A DNA stretch of 64,000 nucleotides from Candidatus Latescibacterota bacterium (GTDB lineage Bacteria; Latescibacterota; UBA2968; GCA-2709665): NCBI GenBank assembly GCA_965219995.1, contig CBDCOX010000002.1:1696001-1760000 (forward strand), given 5' to 3'. The position numbers and the translations under genes were made by a program. Of this stretch, positions 20,031 through 28,920 are shown one piece after another; position 1 is the first letter of the stretch, and every line of letters starts with the position of its first letter. Under the pieces are notes generated by a model. That model was not told the DNA's origin, made no database searches, and saw only the letters and a list, made by a program, of their open reading frames with translations.

Positions 20031-20771
20031 TTATTTTTTCATATACGTGTATTCGAGCCCGTCTCTCGGCTGCCACCCCAGGACCCGTCTGGCCTTCGCG
20101 TTCGTAAAATGCCCGTGCGGCCGGTCGCCGAGAATATTGAATACCTCGCATCTTGACGACAGACGCTCCAGTGGAATTTTCAATCCGGGGAGGAACGCGT
20201 CGGCGGCATCCCGCCACGTCACAATGAATGACCGGTCCTGAACCGGTTTCGAGGACGGGTCGTGACCGCGAAAACTCCAGAACAGGTAACACAGCACGTA
20301 CACGTCGAAGTTCGAGGTGAAGATCCGGCAGATTTCCTGGCCCAATCCCTTGGACAGCACATACAGACCCGTTCCGGGCCTGGGGGGCACGTCCGGACCG
20401 ATGTGATAGTCCCAGTGCATGTAGGGGTCGCCCTGTACGGTAAAGTACGGCCCCGTATTGATGACCCGCCGGATCCCGTTCCTCACGGCCGCGCGCATCA
20501 CGTTGTAGCATCCCAGGGTATTCACGTCGAACGCGATTTTTCGATGCGGCCGCAGAACGGACAGGTTGATGATCACGTCCATCCCTTCCGCCGCGCGCAA
20601 GACGGCCTCCGGGTCCGCCACGTCCACGGGCATCATCTCGTGGGACGTCTCGAACGGCTCCAGGTCCGTGATCCGCAGGGACACGCGCCCTTCCAGCGCC
20701 TTTACGACGTGCGGCCCCAGCATCCCGTTACCGCCGTAGATCACGACTTTCATATTCGTCTCCATCGTCAC
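20031..20771 (-). CDS. NAD(P)-dependent epimerase/dehydratase (SDR), paralog 2
   Basis: GGNGMLG, YVLSK. Confidence 0.85.
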   Translation of the reverse strand: MTMETNMKVVIYGGNGMLGPHVVKALEGRVSLRITDLEPFETSHEMMPVDVADPEAVLRAAEGMDVIINLSVLRPHRKIAFDVNTLGCYNVMRAAVRNGIRRVINTGPYFTVQGDPYMHWDYHIGPDVPPRPGTGLYVLSKGLGQEICRIFTSNFDVYVLCYLFWSFRGHDPSSKPVQDRSFIVTWRDAADAFLPGLKIPLERLSSRCEVFNILGDRPHGHFTNAKARRVLGWQPRDGLEYTYMKK

Positions 20772-20785
20772 GCGGTGCTGACGAT

Positions 20786-21430
20786 TCAGATACCGAGGGC
20801 TTCTTTGGCCTGGTCGATGGGAAACCTTGCGTTTTCAACCTCGGACTGCACGTGCAGCACCCGCCACAGCGGCCCTTCTTTCGTCAGCGCCGATGCGATA
20901 GCCCTGACCGCGTCCTTTACCGACAACGCGGCGTCGCCGTCGCCGCCAACTTCCCCGAGTCGCAAACACGTCACGCGCACCGAGTGTTCCCTCGCGAATT
21001 CCCTGCACGTGAATTCACCCAGGTACTTCCCCAAAGGCGCCGCGTCCGTCGACGGCCTCGGCGCCCACTGCTCCGTCACGTTCCAGTTCGGATCGCACGT
21101 CTCGAAAAGGCTCAGCGAACTGAGGTAGACCACGTGGCCGACCTTTTTCTCCCGGGCGGCAACCATCAGATTGTAGGTGCAACGCGTCTGGAAATCGACC
21201 TCGCGCTCGTCACTCCTCCGATCATCGGGCAGCTCCGCGACATGCACGATCGCATCCATCCCGTCCACCAGGGACTCCGCCTCGCCGTCGTGGCCCAACT
21301 CACAACGGACAAAGGCGACATCCTTCTCCACGTCCTCGAGGTCCGTCAACGTCACCTCGTGTTGCGGCGAGAGGTCCCTTGCCAATGCCTGAGCCAGCGA
21401 TGTCGCTCCTGAGGTAATCAGCACTCTCAT
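20786..21430 (-). CDS. Divergent NAD(P)-dependent epimerase/dehydratase-like protein
   Basis: MRVLIT start, DAIVH, VYLSS, CLRLG; glycine motif and YxxxK degenerate. Confidence 0.75.
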   Translation of the reverse strand: MRVLITSGATSLAQALARDLSPQHEVTLTDLEDVEKDVAFVRCELGHDGEAESLVDGMDAIVHVAELPDDRRSDEREVDFQTRCTYNLMVAAREKKVGHVVYLSSLSLFETCDPNWNVTEQWAPRPSTDAAPLGKYLGEFTCREFAREHSVRVTCLRLGEVGGDGDAALSVKDAVRAIASALTKEGPLWRVLHVQSEVENARFPIDQAKEALGI

Positions 21431-21548
21431 AAATCACGCTCCTGTATCTGGAAATTCAATCTTTCCGTGTGCGGGGATACCTATTTCGCCAATTAAGGCG
21501 GGCAGTTCGGCCGTAACGGCCGCATTCCACTCCCATGCAAATCGCGAG

Positions 21549-21872
21549 CTACACGGCAACCACGCGTCTTTGTCCCTCGCCGCTATCTGACGGAATGATA
21601 CGGATCTCGATATCGCGATTCAGGCGAGTTAGAAATGTCATTAACCGCTCAACGCTGTAATGATTGAACTTTCCCCTCTTCAGCCGGGATATTTCAGGCT
21701 GTTTCACCCGAAGGATTTCCGCCGCCTCAGCCTGGGTCAGATTCCGTTTTCCGATTATCTGAAAGACCTCAAAACCGAGTGTTGCCTTGAGAAACAACTC
21801 CTCCGCGTCTGGTAAGTCCAAATCCTGAAACACGTTTCCTGAACTTTTCTCGATCTTGATCCTATCGCTCAT
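21549..21872 (-). CDS. XRE-family HTH antitoxin (HigA-like)
   Basis: SSGNVFQDL, LTQAEAAEIL..QPEISRL, SVERL; downstream of and overlapping the toxin. Confidence 0.9.
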   Translation of the reverse strand: MSDRIKIEKSSGNVFQDLDLPDAEELFLKATLGFEVFQIIGKRNLTQAEAAEILRVKQPEISRLKRGKFNHYSVERLMTFLTRLNRDIEIRIIPSDSGEGQRRVVAV

Positions 21873-22230
21873 AGTCCGCCTCCAGCTCCAGCGCCTTTCT
21901 CAGGCGTCGCCTGATCAGATCGACCTCTCTCAAGGGAGTCCTGGCTCCACGTGTTGATTTTTTCTGAAAACAATGCAATACATAAACCCTCGCGCCAATC
22001 TTTACTGCGTAGACGGCGCGAAAAGCGTCCGTTTTATGATCCGCCCGAATCTCAAAGACGCCTGAGCCGACGCCCTTAAATGGTTTGGCCGCGGGAGACA
22101 TGCTGCCCGCCTGCGCGATAAACAGAGCGTCACCGATATCTTTCTGAACCTGCGCCGGAAACTCCTTCAGCCTGGTTCTGGAGTCTCCAATCCAAAAGAC
22201 CGTCCTCAAATTTTCTCGAGCACGAGACAT
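21862..22230 (-). CDS. RelE/ParE-superfamily toxin (HigB/Gp49-like)
   Basis: KPFKG.GSGVFEIR, FRAVY, YVLHCFQKKS, TP. Confidence 0.9.
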   Translation of the reverse strand: MSRARENLRTVFWIGDSRTRLKEFPAQVQKDIGDALFIAQAGSMSPAAKPFKGVGSGVFEIRADHKTDAFRAVYAVKIGARVYVLHCFQKKSTRGARTPLREVDLIRRRLRKALELEADYER

Positions 22231-22235
22231 TAAAT

Positions 22236-22264
22236 ATTATAACCAAATGGATATAAATTGTCAA
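22236..22264 (-). promoter_or_regulatory. Consensus sigma70 promoter with overlapping palindromic operator for the TA operon
   Basis: TTGACA-17 bp-TATAAT, 5 nt before ATG; near-palindrome TATAACCAAATGGATATA at 22238-22255. Confidence 0.85.
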
Positions 22265-22364
22265 GCGATGCGTCAATTGCACGGTCCGGGCGGCCGGTGT
22301 ATCAGAGACGAGAGGTGTCCGGCCGAACAAACAGAATCCGGACGTTCGATCGGGCATCGCGGGT

Positions 22365-22883
22365 TCAAAGGTACTGATAGTATGTTACCTGGGGCTGCGC
22401 AATGTTGAATCCCACTTTCTCGTAGGCGCGGCGGGCGGGCGCGTGGCCCTCGTCCTGCCCCGTCCCCACGGCGGCGAACCGAAGGCCTTCAGATCGGAAA
22501 AGGTCCAATACGTACCGATACATCGCCGTACCGATCCCCTTTCCCTGTATTTCGGGGGCCACCGCGTTGTTCGTGATTCTGCCCAGGGACTTCCCCCGAT
22601 CGATCGAAAATGTCAGAAACGCGACCACCCTCGCCGTCTCCACCCTCTCAATAACCCGGAACCAGTCGGGATGTCGATTCCAGTGCCCGTGCACCGCAGC
22701 CGTCTTCTCCGCCTCCCAGTTCTCACACAACACGGCGTGCATCTCCCGGCCCATGATCCCGGCGGTACTTTCGTGGATCCGCTGCCACGCCTGCCTGGCG
22801 ATCTCGCCCACCCGATCCAGGTCTGCCGGGCCTGCGTGTCGGATTTGAAACCCCGGGGCGAGTTCGGCGTTCGGACGGCTCAT
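22365..22883 (-). CDS. GNAT family N-acetyltransferase
   Basis: NAVAPEIQGKGIG, HAPARRAYEKVGF; GAGGAGG RBS before MSRPNA. Confidence 0.88.
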   Translation of the reverse strand: MSRPNAELAPGFQIRHAGPADLDRVGEIARQAWQRIHESTAGIMGREMHAVLCENWEAEKTAAVHGHWNRHPDWFRVIERVETARVVAFLTFSIDRGKSLGRITNNAVAPEIQGKGIGTAMYRYVLDLFRSEGLRFAAVGTGQDEGHAPARRAYEKVGFNIAQPQVTYYQYL

Positions 22884-23065
22884 CAGACCTCCTCGCGGAC
22901 CTTGATTTCCTTGCGGAACATTCCGCTCGTCTCCACTGGACAAATACACGGCATTCCGGAGCCGACCTCGCCGTTCCTCAAATACAAAGGCGTTGACTTT
23001 CACCGGCGAGGCGATATCTTGAAATCGATTCCAATATCCCGTAACGTACGAAAGGAGCGCTTCAC

Positions 23066-23830
23066 ATGAAACTGGGAATTGTCACGTATCAGATCGCGAA
23101 AGACTGGGATGTACCAACATTGATCGATATGTGCCGAACAACGGGCATGCAGGGTGTTGAACTGCGCACCACCCACGCCCACGGCGTCGAAATCGACCTG
23201 TCGCCGGGCGAGCGACGCGATATCAGACGCAGGTTTGAGGACGCCGGAATTGATATCGTCGGCCTCGGAAGCGTCTACGAATACCATGCCCCGGATCCCG
23301 ATACCGTGCGACAGAACATCGACGGTACCATCGAATATGCGAGACTCGCCGCCGACCTGGGTTGCCCGGGCGTTAAGGTGCGTCCAAACGGATTGCAGAC
23401 GGACAGCGGCATTCCGGAAGAGCAGACACTCGAGCAGATCGGGGTTGCCTTAAGGGAATGCGGAGAGGCCGCCGCGGGTCTGGGCGTTCAGATCCGGGTT
23501 GAAGTGCACGGCCGGGACACCTGCGAACCCAGGCGCATGCGCGCCATTATCGACCATGCCGACCACGAGAACGTCTACATATGCTGGAACTCGAACCCCC
23601 AGGACGTCGTCGACGGCTCCGTCAAAACGGGATTCAATCTGCTGAAACACAGGCTCGGGCTTGTTCACATCAATGAACTGCATAAGGCTGAATACCCGTG
23701 GCGGGAGCTCTTCGGGCTCCTTAAGGACGAGGGCTACGACGGATACATGCTCGCCGAAATCCCCGACAGCCCGGAGCCGGAACGCCTTCTTCGCTATTAT
23801 CGCGCACTCTGGCAGGCGCTGATGGTCTGA
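23066..23830 (+). CDS. Sugar phosphate isomerase/epimerase (xylose-isomerase-like TIM barrel)
   Basis: GVELR, HAHGVE, RVEVHG, VHINEL, LAE. Confidence 0.85.
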   Translation: MKLGIVTYQIAKDWDVPTLIDMCRTTGMQGVELRTTHAHGVEIDLSPGERRDIRRRFEDAGIDIVGLGSVYEYHAPDPDTVRQNIDGTIEYARLAADLGCPGVKVRPNGLQTDSGIPEEQTLEQIGVALRECGEAAAGLGVQIRVEVHGRDTCEPRRMRAIIDHADHENVYICWNSNPQDVVDGSVKTGFNLLKHRLGLVHINELHKAEYPWRELFGLLKDEGYDGYMLAEIPDSPEPERLLRYYRALWQALMV

Positions 23831-23874
23831 TCCGGCGGGCGGCGCGTGCTTCTGACCCGGCAATCGCAGTTGCC

Positions 23875-25779
23875 TTACAGGCCGGGAATCCGAAAGCTCC
23901 AGACCTCGGAACTGTGGGTGAAAAAGAGTCGGCCGTTGTGGATCACGATCCCCGCGTTCGCGTTCACGGGAGGTCTTCCCAGCAGTTTGTGTTCGAATGA
24001 GCCCGGCTCTATACGAACAATCGCGTTGCGGAACAGCGCGTAGATCCTGTCGTCAGGTCCCATGGCCAGGATCCTCGGGGCCTGCTGTCCCGCCAGAGCG
24101 CCATAGGGCAGTTTTTTCTCGAAGTGGACGATCTCCCGCGATTCGGGATCGAACACGAAAAAAGCGGACCCCGAGGCCAATCCGTAGATCAGGCTGTCCG
24201 GCCCCAGGATCACGTCGGTGATCTGCGCGGCGCCAGGCACAACCGCTTCGCGATACAGTACTCGGCTTTCTTCCAGATCCAGAACATAGAGTTCCGCCTG
24301 CTTCGCGTGCGCCTCCCCTCCCGTGCCGGGGCTGATCGTGGTGCCCGCGAGGATTTTCCCGTCGGGCAACGCCGCGAGGGATACCGTGCTGTGTTCGGGA
24401 AGCAGATCCTCGTGTGTCAGCAGTTCGTGGTTCTCCGTTTCAGTGTCCCAGATCAGCATCCCCCCGCCCGTCAGTCCGTACCCGGGCGTTCCCGTCATGA
24501 CAAGCCGCCGTCCGTCCGGATGGGCCAGCAACGCGTGCGGCCGGATAATCGTGGGACTTACTGATATCAGATCCCGGGGATTCGGATCCACCGTTCCCCG
24601 ATCGTCCCACGGCCGGGACGGATCGTATTCCCAGAGCCTGCCGCCCGCATACTCCCCGCAATAGACCTTATCACCCTGAACGGCCAGCGCATTCAGGTGT
24701 CCGACAAGGTCCCATAGACCGCGGTGGACGAACGTGTCCGCCTGCGTATCGTATGTATAGAACCGGAGCGGATGTCCGGTGGATCCGTGGATCCTGCCGT
24801 CCGGACCTTCCGCGATCGAGAGGATGGGGGATCCGGCCGATTCATAATCGATTTCCAGACGTCTTACTGTTCCCGCCTCGTTGATTTCGACGTACTTCTC
24901 CGGAAGGTTGATTTCATCCAGCGACCAGCCATCCGGGAAATTGTCCAGGACCGCCTCCTGTTCGCCGGCCAGAATCGGTCTCTCCGGCGCGGGAGCGTCC
25001 ACCGGCGTCACCGCGCCTTCGAGCATCGCCCACCACGGACCGGTGTCGAACGTCCTCCCGTACACCTTGCCGTCCACGCCCCGGTAAACGGTCGAAGCGC
25101 CGTGCCGACGGTCGGAATCGGGAATCAGCGCGGCACGTTCGCCTGTTGCCGGATTGAATGAAACGATCTGCCCGCGCGTGGAACCTATGCCCGCGTATAC
25201 CCATCCCGAACGGTCCGCCGCGATCGTTCGGGGATACTGGGGCCAGTTTTCATGGTTAAGGGGGCCGAAATTCGTCAATTCCCGCGTGTCCGGATCGAAG
25301 CTCAGCAATTCGCAGTTGGGATACGCGCCGGTCCAGACCACGCCGTGATCGTCTTCCGTAAACGACATCGCGAAGTTCGGCGGCGCATCCGACCAGAAAG
25401 TGAAACGACGGGTGTTCGCATCGAACTCCACGAATTTGTCGAAATAGGAATAGAACCGGTTCCTCGTGGACAGCAGCACGGCGAAAGGCGTGGAGGCCAT
25501 CCCGAACGGAGTCGGAACCTGATCCGTCCGTCCTGATGTGACGTCGATCACGAGAATCGAACCGCAGCCACGATGGTCCATCGGCCAGGCCAGAACGATC
25601 GGCCGACCGTCGCCGTCCACGGTTGCCGCCACCCCTCTCGCGCGGGATACGGGCGCCGCCACGCCATGCCGTGCAAACCCGTCGCCGAAATCGCGGGTCC
25701 CCGCGCCTGCCGGTCGCCTGAATGCCATCAAGAGGGCCGTCAACAACGTCGCAATTGCCAGCAATGGAGCGAGGCTCAT
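23875..25779 (-). CDS. Exported multi-bladed beta-propeller protein of unknown function
   Basis: Hydrophobic N-terminus; recurring GPDGRIYG/DGKVYG and F/YDP motifs. Confidence 0.7.
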   Translation of the reverse strand: MSLAPLLAIATLLTALLMAFRRPAGAGTRDFGDGFARHGVAAPVSRARGVAATVDGDGRPIVLAWPMDHRGCGSILVIDVTSGRTDQVPTPFGMASTPFAVLLSTRNRFYSYFDKFVEFDANTRRFTFWSDAPPNFAMSFTEDDHGVVWTGAYPNCELLSFDPDTRELTNFGPLNHENWPQYPRTIAADRSGWVYAGIGSTRGQIVSFNPATGERAALIPDSDRRHGASTVYRGVDGKVYGRTFDTGPWWAMLEGAVTPVDAPAPERPILAGEQEAVLDNFPDGWSLDEINLPEKYVEINEAGTVRRLEIDYESAGSPILSIAEGPDGRIHGSTGHPLRFYTYDTQADTFVHRGLWDLVGHLNALAVQGDKVYCGEYAGGRLWEYDPSRPWDDRGTVDPNPRDLISVSPTIIRPHALLAHPDGRRLVMTGTPGYGLTGGGMLIWDTETENHELLTHEDLLPEHSTVSLAALPDGKILAGTTISPGTGGEAHAKQAELYVLDLEESRVLYREAVVPGAAQITDVILGPDSLIYGLASGSAFFVFDPESREIVHFEKKLPYGALAGQQAPRILAMGPDDRIYALFRNAIVRIEPGSFEHKLLGRPPVNANAGIVIHNGRLFFTHSSEVWSFRIPGL

Positions 25780-25920
25780 GTCTGAGATTCCTCCTGGATC
25801 AATGTACTGCAAACCGCCGGATTCACGGCTGCCAATATGCCGGGCCGGGCCGTGAAAGTCAAGCGGATGCGTTCTACGCCAGCAATCTCTTCCGCCTGCC
25901 GACCCGGTGTCGACAATAAC

Positions 25921-25950
25921 GAAAAAAGCCGGTCTGCAATCAGACCGGCT
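25921..25950 (-). terminator. Intrinsic terminator after the acidic repeat gene
   Basis: AGCCGGTCTG-ATTG-CAGACCGGCT stem followed by a T run on the minus strand. Confidence 0.8.
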
Positions 25951-26020
25951 GATGGAAGTCGGCAGGACGATCAATTGGCCGTTTTCGGTACGTCATTCGC
26001 GCCTGTGACGGATTTGCCGG

Positions 26021-26980
26021 CTAACGTTCGTTGAACGCCGCCACGAAAATCAAGAAGTCCTGGAAGTCGACAGTACCGTCACCATTAAGGTCAAATTGGG
26101 CATCATTCGTGCCGAAGGCACGTGCGAAACTCACAAAGTCGCTGAAATCGACCGTGCCGTCCCCATTAAAGTCTGACCGTTTACCCGTGTCACCCTCGTC
26201 GCCCTCATCACCCTCGTCATTCTCATCGCCCTCATTTTCCTCATCGCCCTCGTCACCCTCGTCACCTTCGTCGCCGTCGTCCTCATCGCCCTCGTCGCCC
26301 TCATCGTCCTCGTTACCCTCGTCACCCTCGTCGTTCTCGTCGCCCTCATCACCCTCATCGCCTTCGTCCCCCTCGTCGCCGTCGTTCTCGTCTCCCTCAT
26401 CGCCCTCGTCGTTCTCATCGCCTTCGTCCCCCTCGTCGTCCTCGTCGCCTTCGTCTCCCTCGTCGTCCTCGTCTTCGTCACCCTCATCACCCTCGTCGTT
26501 CTCGTCGCCCTCATCACCTTCATCACCCTCGTCGTTCTCATCGCCTTCGTCGCCGTTGTCCTCATCGCCCTCGTCGCCCTCATCGTCCTCGTCACCCTCA
26601 TCGCCCTCGTCACCCTCATCGTTCTCGTCGCCCTCATCACCCTCATCGTTTTCGTCACCCTCATTACCCTCGTCGTTCTCATCCCCCTCATCACCCTCAT
26701 CGTTCTCGTCACCCTCGTCGCCCTCGTCGTCCTCATCCCCCTCATCGTTCTCGTCGCCCTCATCATCGTCGTCGTCATCGTCGTCATCGTCACTGGATGC
26801 GCTGATGCTGGAGCTAATGCGTGTGTCTATGCTCCTTTCGCTTCCGAGGAAGGGCGAGGTCCAGTCGTCCATCGGCGTGTCTTGTTCGCTCTGCCCGTAG
26901 GGAGAGGATGGCCGACCCAGTGTCAGTATGATCAGTATGCCCACGAGGGAAATAAACCGCCGCAGATGTCTCATGTCCAT
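26021..26980 (-). CDS. Secreted hyper-acidic repeat protein with C-terminal EF-hand/dockerin-like pair
   Basis: Signal peptide, poly-D, (G/N/D)DE repeats, DFNGDGTVDFSDF and DLNGDGTVDFQDF. Confidence 0.85.
   Translation of the reverse strand: MDMRHLRRFISLVGILIILTLGRPSSPYGQSEQDTPMDDWTSPFLGSERSIDTRISSSISASSDDDDDDDDDDEGDENDEGDEDDEGDEGDENDEGDEGDENDEGNEGDENDEGDEGDENDEGDEGDEGDEDDEGDEGDEDNGDEGDENDEGDEGDEGDENDEGDEGDEDEDDEGDEGDEDDEGDEGDENDEGDEGDENDGDEGDEGDEGDEGDENDEGDEGNEDDEGDEGDEDDGDEGDEGDEGDEENEGDENDEGDEGDEGDTGKRSDFNGDGTVDFSDFVSFARAFGTNDAQFDLNGDGTVDFQDFLIFVAAFNER
26189..26791 (-). repeat. Imperfect 9-bp tandem repeat encoding GDE/NDE/DDE
   Basis: About 600 bp of ctcRtcRcc / ctcRtcgtt / ctcRtcgtc units on the plus strand. 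Confidence 0.95.
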
Positions 26981-27013
26981 TTCCGTTCCTGTGAATGCAA
27001 ATAAGCAGGAAAG

Positions 27014-27709
27014 CTACTTCCGCCTCTTCTGAGACAGGTTGAAGCTCACGATAATCCGATCGGCGTTCTTCCCTTTGGCCCTGGATCGATTGGGCGCCAC
27101 GCTATGGTACAGCCAGCTCGGAAAGATCAACATTCTACCGGCCACGGGTTTGTATCGGACTTTCGTCCAGCAGATTCGTGGACGCCTGGTGTCGGGGATG
27201 TATTTGACGGGACTCATCAGGTTCTGGGTGCGCGGGTCGATGAACTCGATTCGACCGGAATTCCTGGGCGCCTGGACGTAGTAGACGCCGCTCCAGATGC
27301 AGCCGGGATGGATGTGAGCCCGGTTCACGCCGCCAGGCGGATTGATGATCGACCACATGGTGCCGATGCTCAGACGATAGGACCTGTGATATCCAAGCTC
27401 GCGGCACATCATGTCCGAGGCCGCGTCGACACATTGAACCAACTCCGTAAACGTAACGTCCTTGTGCAGATTGACGTGGCTGTGCCAGCTCCCCAACTCC
27501 GGGAAGTTCGACTTGGGCACGCCCTTTCCGTCACGTTCCCGTTCAGCGTAGATCGCCTCGGTCAGGCGGGCGTTGAGAATCTCGCTGCCCGGAACTTCCA
27601 GAGAAAAAACGAGCGTAGGAAAATAGCGCTGCACCTTGAGCGCGTCTTCGGAAAGACGAGCCTCCGGGCCGCAGTCTGCGGCCCCATGATTCGGCGTGTC
27701 GCGCGTCAT
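27014..27709 (-). CDS. TIGR02466-like 2OG-Fe(II) oxygenase
   Basis: FPT, W.S, HIHP, SGVYY, F.DPR, FPSWLYHSV, RIIVSFN. Confidence 0.88.
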   Translation of the reverse strand: MTRDTPNHGAADCGPEARLSEDALKVQRYFPTLVFSLEVPGSEILNARLTEAIYAERERDGKGVPKSNFPELGSWHSHVNLHKDVTFTELVQCVDAASDMMCRELGYHRSYRLSIGTMWSIINPPGGVNRAHIHPGCIWSGVYYVQAPRNSGRIEFIDPRTQNLMSPVKYIPDTRRPRICWTKVRYKPVAGRMLIFPSWLYHSVAPNRSRAKGKNADRIIVSFNLSQKRRK

Positions 27710-28069
27710 TTTATTTCACCAATGTCACGTACATGATCGTTAGCTGGCTGACATCGCGGTTGCAGGTCAACTCAGACTGTTATCGGCTCGGAAATCAGTA
27801 GCAGCATGAATATAATAATGTTGGCATTTGAATTCAACACACAGAAACCGGCGCCAACCCGGCGTTGCCGCCAATACGAAAAAGACCGGGCAATTCAGGT
27901 CTGGTCTGTAGCGAACGAAGCGAGTGGGCGACTGGAACCCGACATTCCCCTGCTGTTGGAAGTCGATGTGATCCGGTCGGCGCAAAGAAGTGTTTTCCCA
28001 ATGAAGGAGTCGGTGTGTTCTATCGTCAGCAAACCGTGGCCCGGGCTTGTATTCCCGTTGTATCAATGA

Positions 28070-28660
28070 TCAGCGCCCGCGCGTTCGGATGTCCTTGTAC
28101 CACGTCAGTTCCACTTCGTCGAGACCCTCGGTTCGGTAGGCGTAGAGATGGACCTTGCCAAGGCTGGCGCCCATGCGTTCGTAGAAGCGGCAGGCGGCGA
28201 CGTTTATATTCTGGGTTTCGATCTTGAGTTGGGTGCATCCACGATTCCTGGCACAGATTTCCGCTTGTTGGAATAGCGCCTTACCTACACCCCGTCCCCG
28301 GTATTCCGGACTGATGCGAATGTCCCAAAGGCCCGCCAGCTCTTTCCGCCCATCGCAGTAGTCCAACCCGTCAACGTGAAACGCGACGATCGCCCCGCCG
28401 ATTCGCTTTTCCTCCCGGAATGCACCCAGAAAGACCCATTTCGACAGGTCCCACGATCTGCGAGCCCATCGTTCGGGGCCTTCCAGCCCGTCGTAGTCCT
28501 TGACGTACGGCGGATCCACCTTCTCTTCAATGAGCCGTAGGCCGCCCAGCCCGTTCGAGACGACTTCGACACGAAAGCGGCTCTTCACTTCAAAGTCAAT
28601 GGGAACGTAGCCGTATTCGGGAAGAACGTCGGCGGTTTCTTCTTGAATGTGGAATTCCAT
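28070..28660 (-). CDS. GNAT acetyltransferase, streptothricin acetyltransferase (SatA)-like
   Basis: PYVKDY, DIRISPEYRGRGVG, IETQNINVAACRFY, C-terminal WY. Confidence 0.8.
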   Translation of the reverse strand: MEFHIQEETADVLPEYGYVPIDFEVKSRFRVEVVSNGLGGLRLIEEKVDPPYVKDYDGLEGPERWARRSWDLSKWVFLGAFREEKRIGGAIVAFHVDGLDYCDGRKELAGLWDIRISPEYRGRGVGKALFQQAEICARNRGCTQLKIETQNINVAACRFYERMGASLGKVHLYAYRTEGLDEVELTWYKDIRTRGR

Positions 28661-28920
28661 TGCTGTTTCGGCCTCCTGGATCCCCCGCCTTCAACCGCCT
28701 CCTGGTAGCGTGCGGTCAACACGCTGCCATTCAATCCATCCCATGTAGAAAATCGATCAAGGGGAGAGTTGATCGGAATGCAGTTGGGTCAGTTACCATG
28801 CGTGGGCACTGTGTTCGAACTCGCGGTATCACGTGTCGGCGAGTTGAATCACACATAACCTGTTAATTTCATTGCATTTTTCGGGTACAATGTCTATCTT
28901 CCGTCGTTCGTCTCGTACCC

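Noticed and set aside
26189-26791. Repeat as a CRISPR array
   Set aside because: No unique spacers, period 9 bp, inside a CDS, no cas genes
26031-26900. Antisense (SSP)n ORF and alternative-frame (MRT)n ORF over the repeat
   Set aside because: Automatic by-products of a stop-free 9-bp repeat; only the GDE frame has a signal peptide and a domain
27720-28070. Integron attC sites around the GNAT gene
   Set aside because: No convincing RYYYAAC...GTTRRRY pair with internal symmetry, and no integrase
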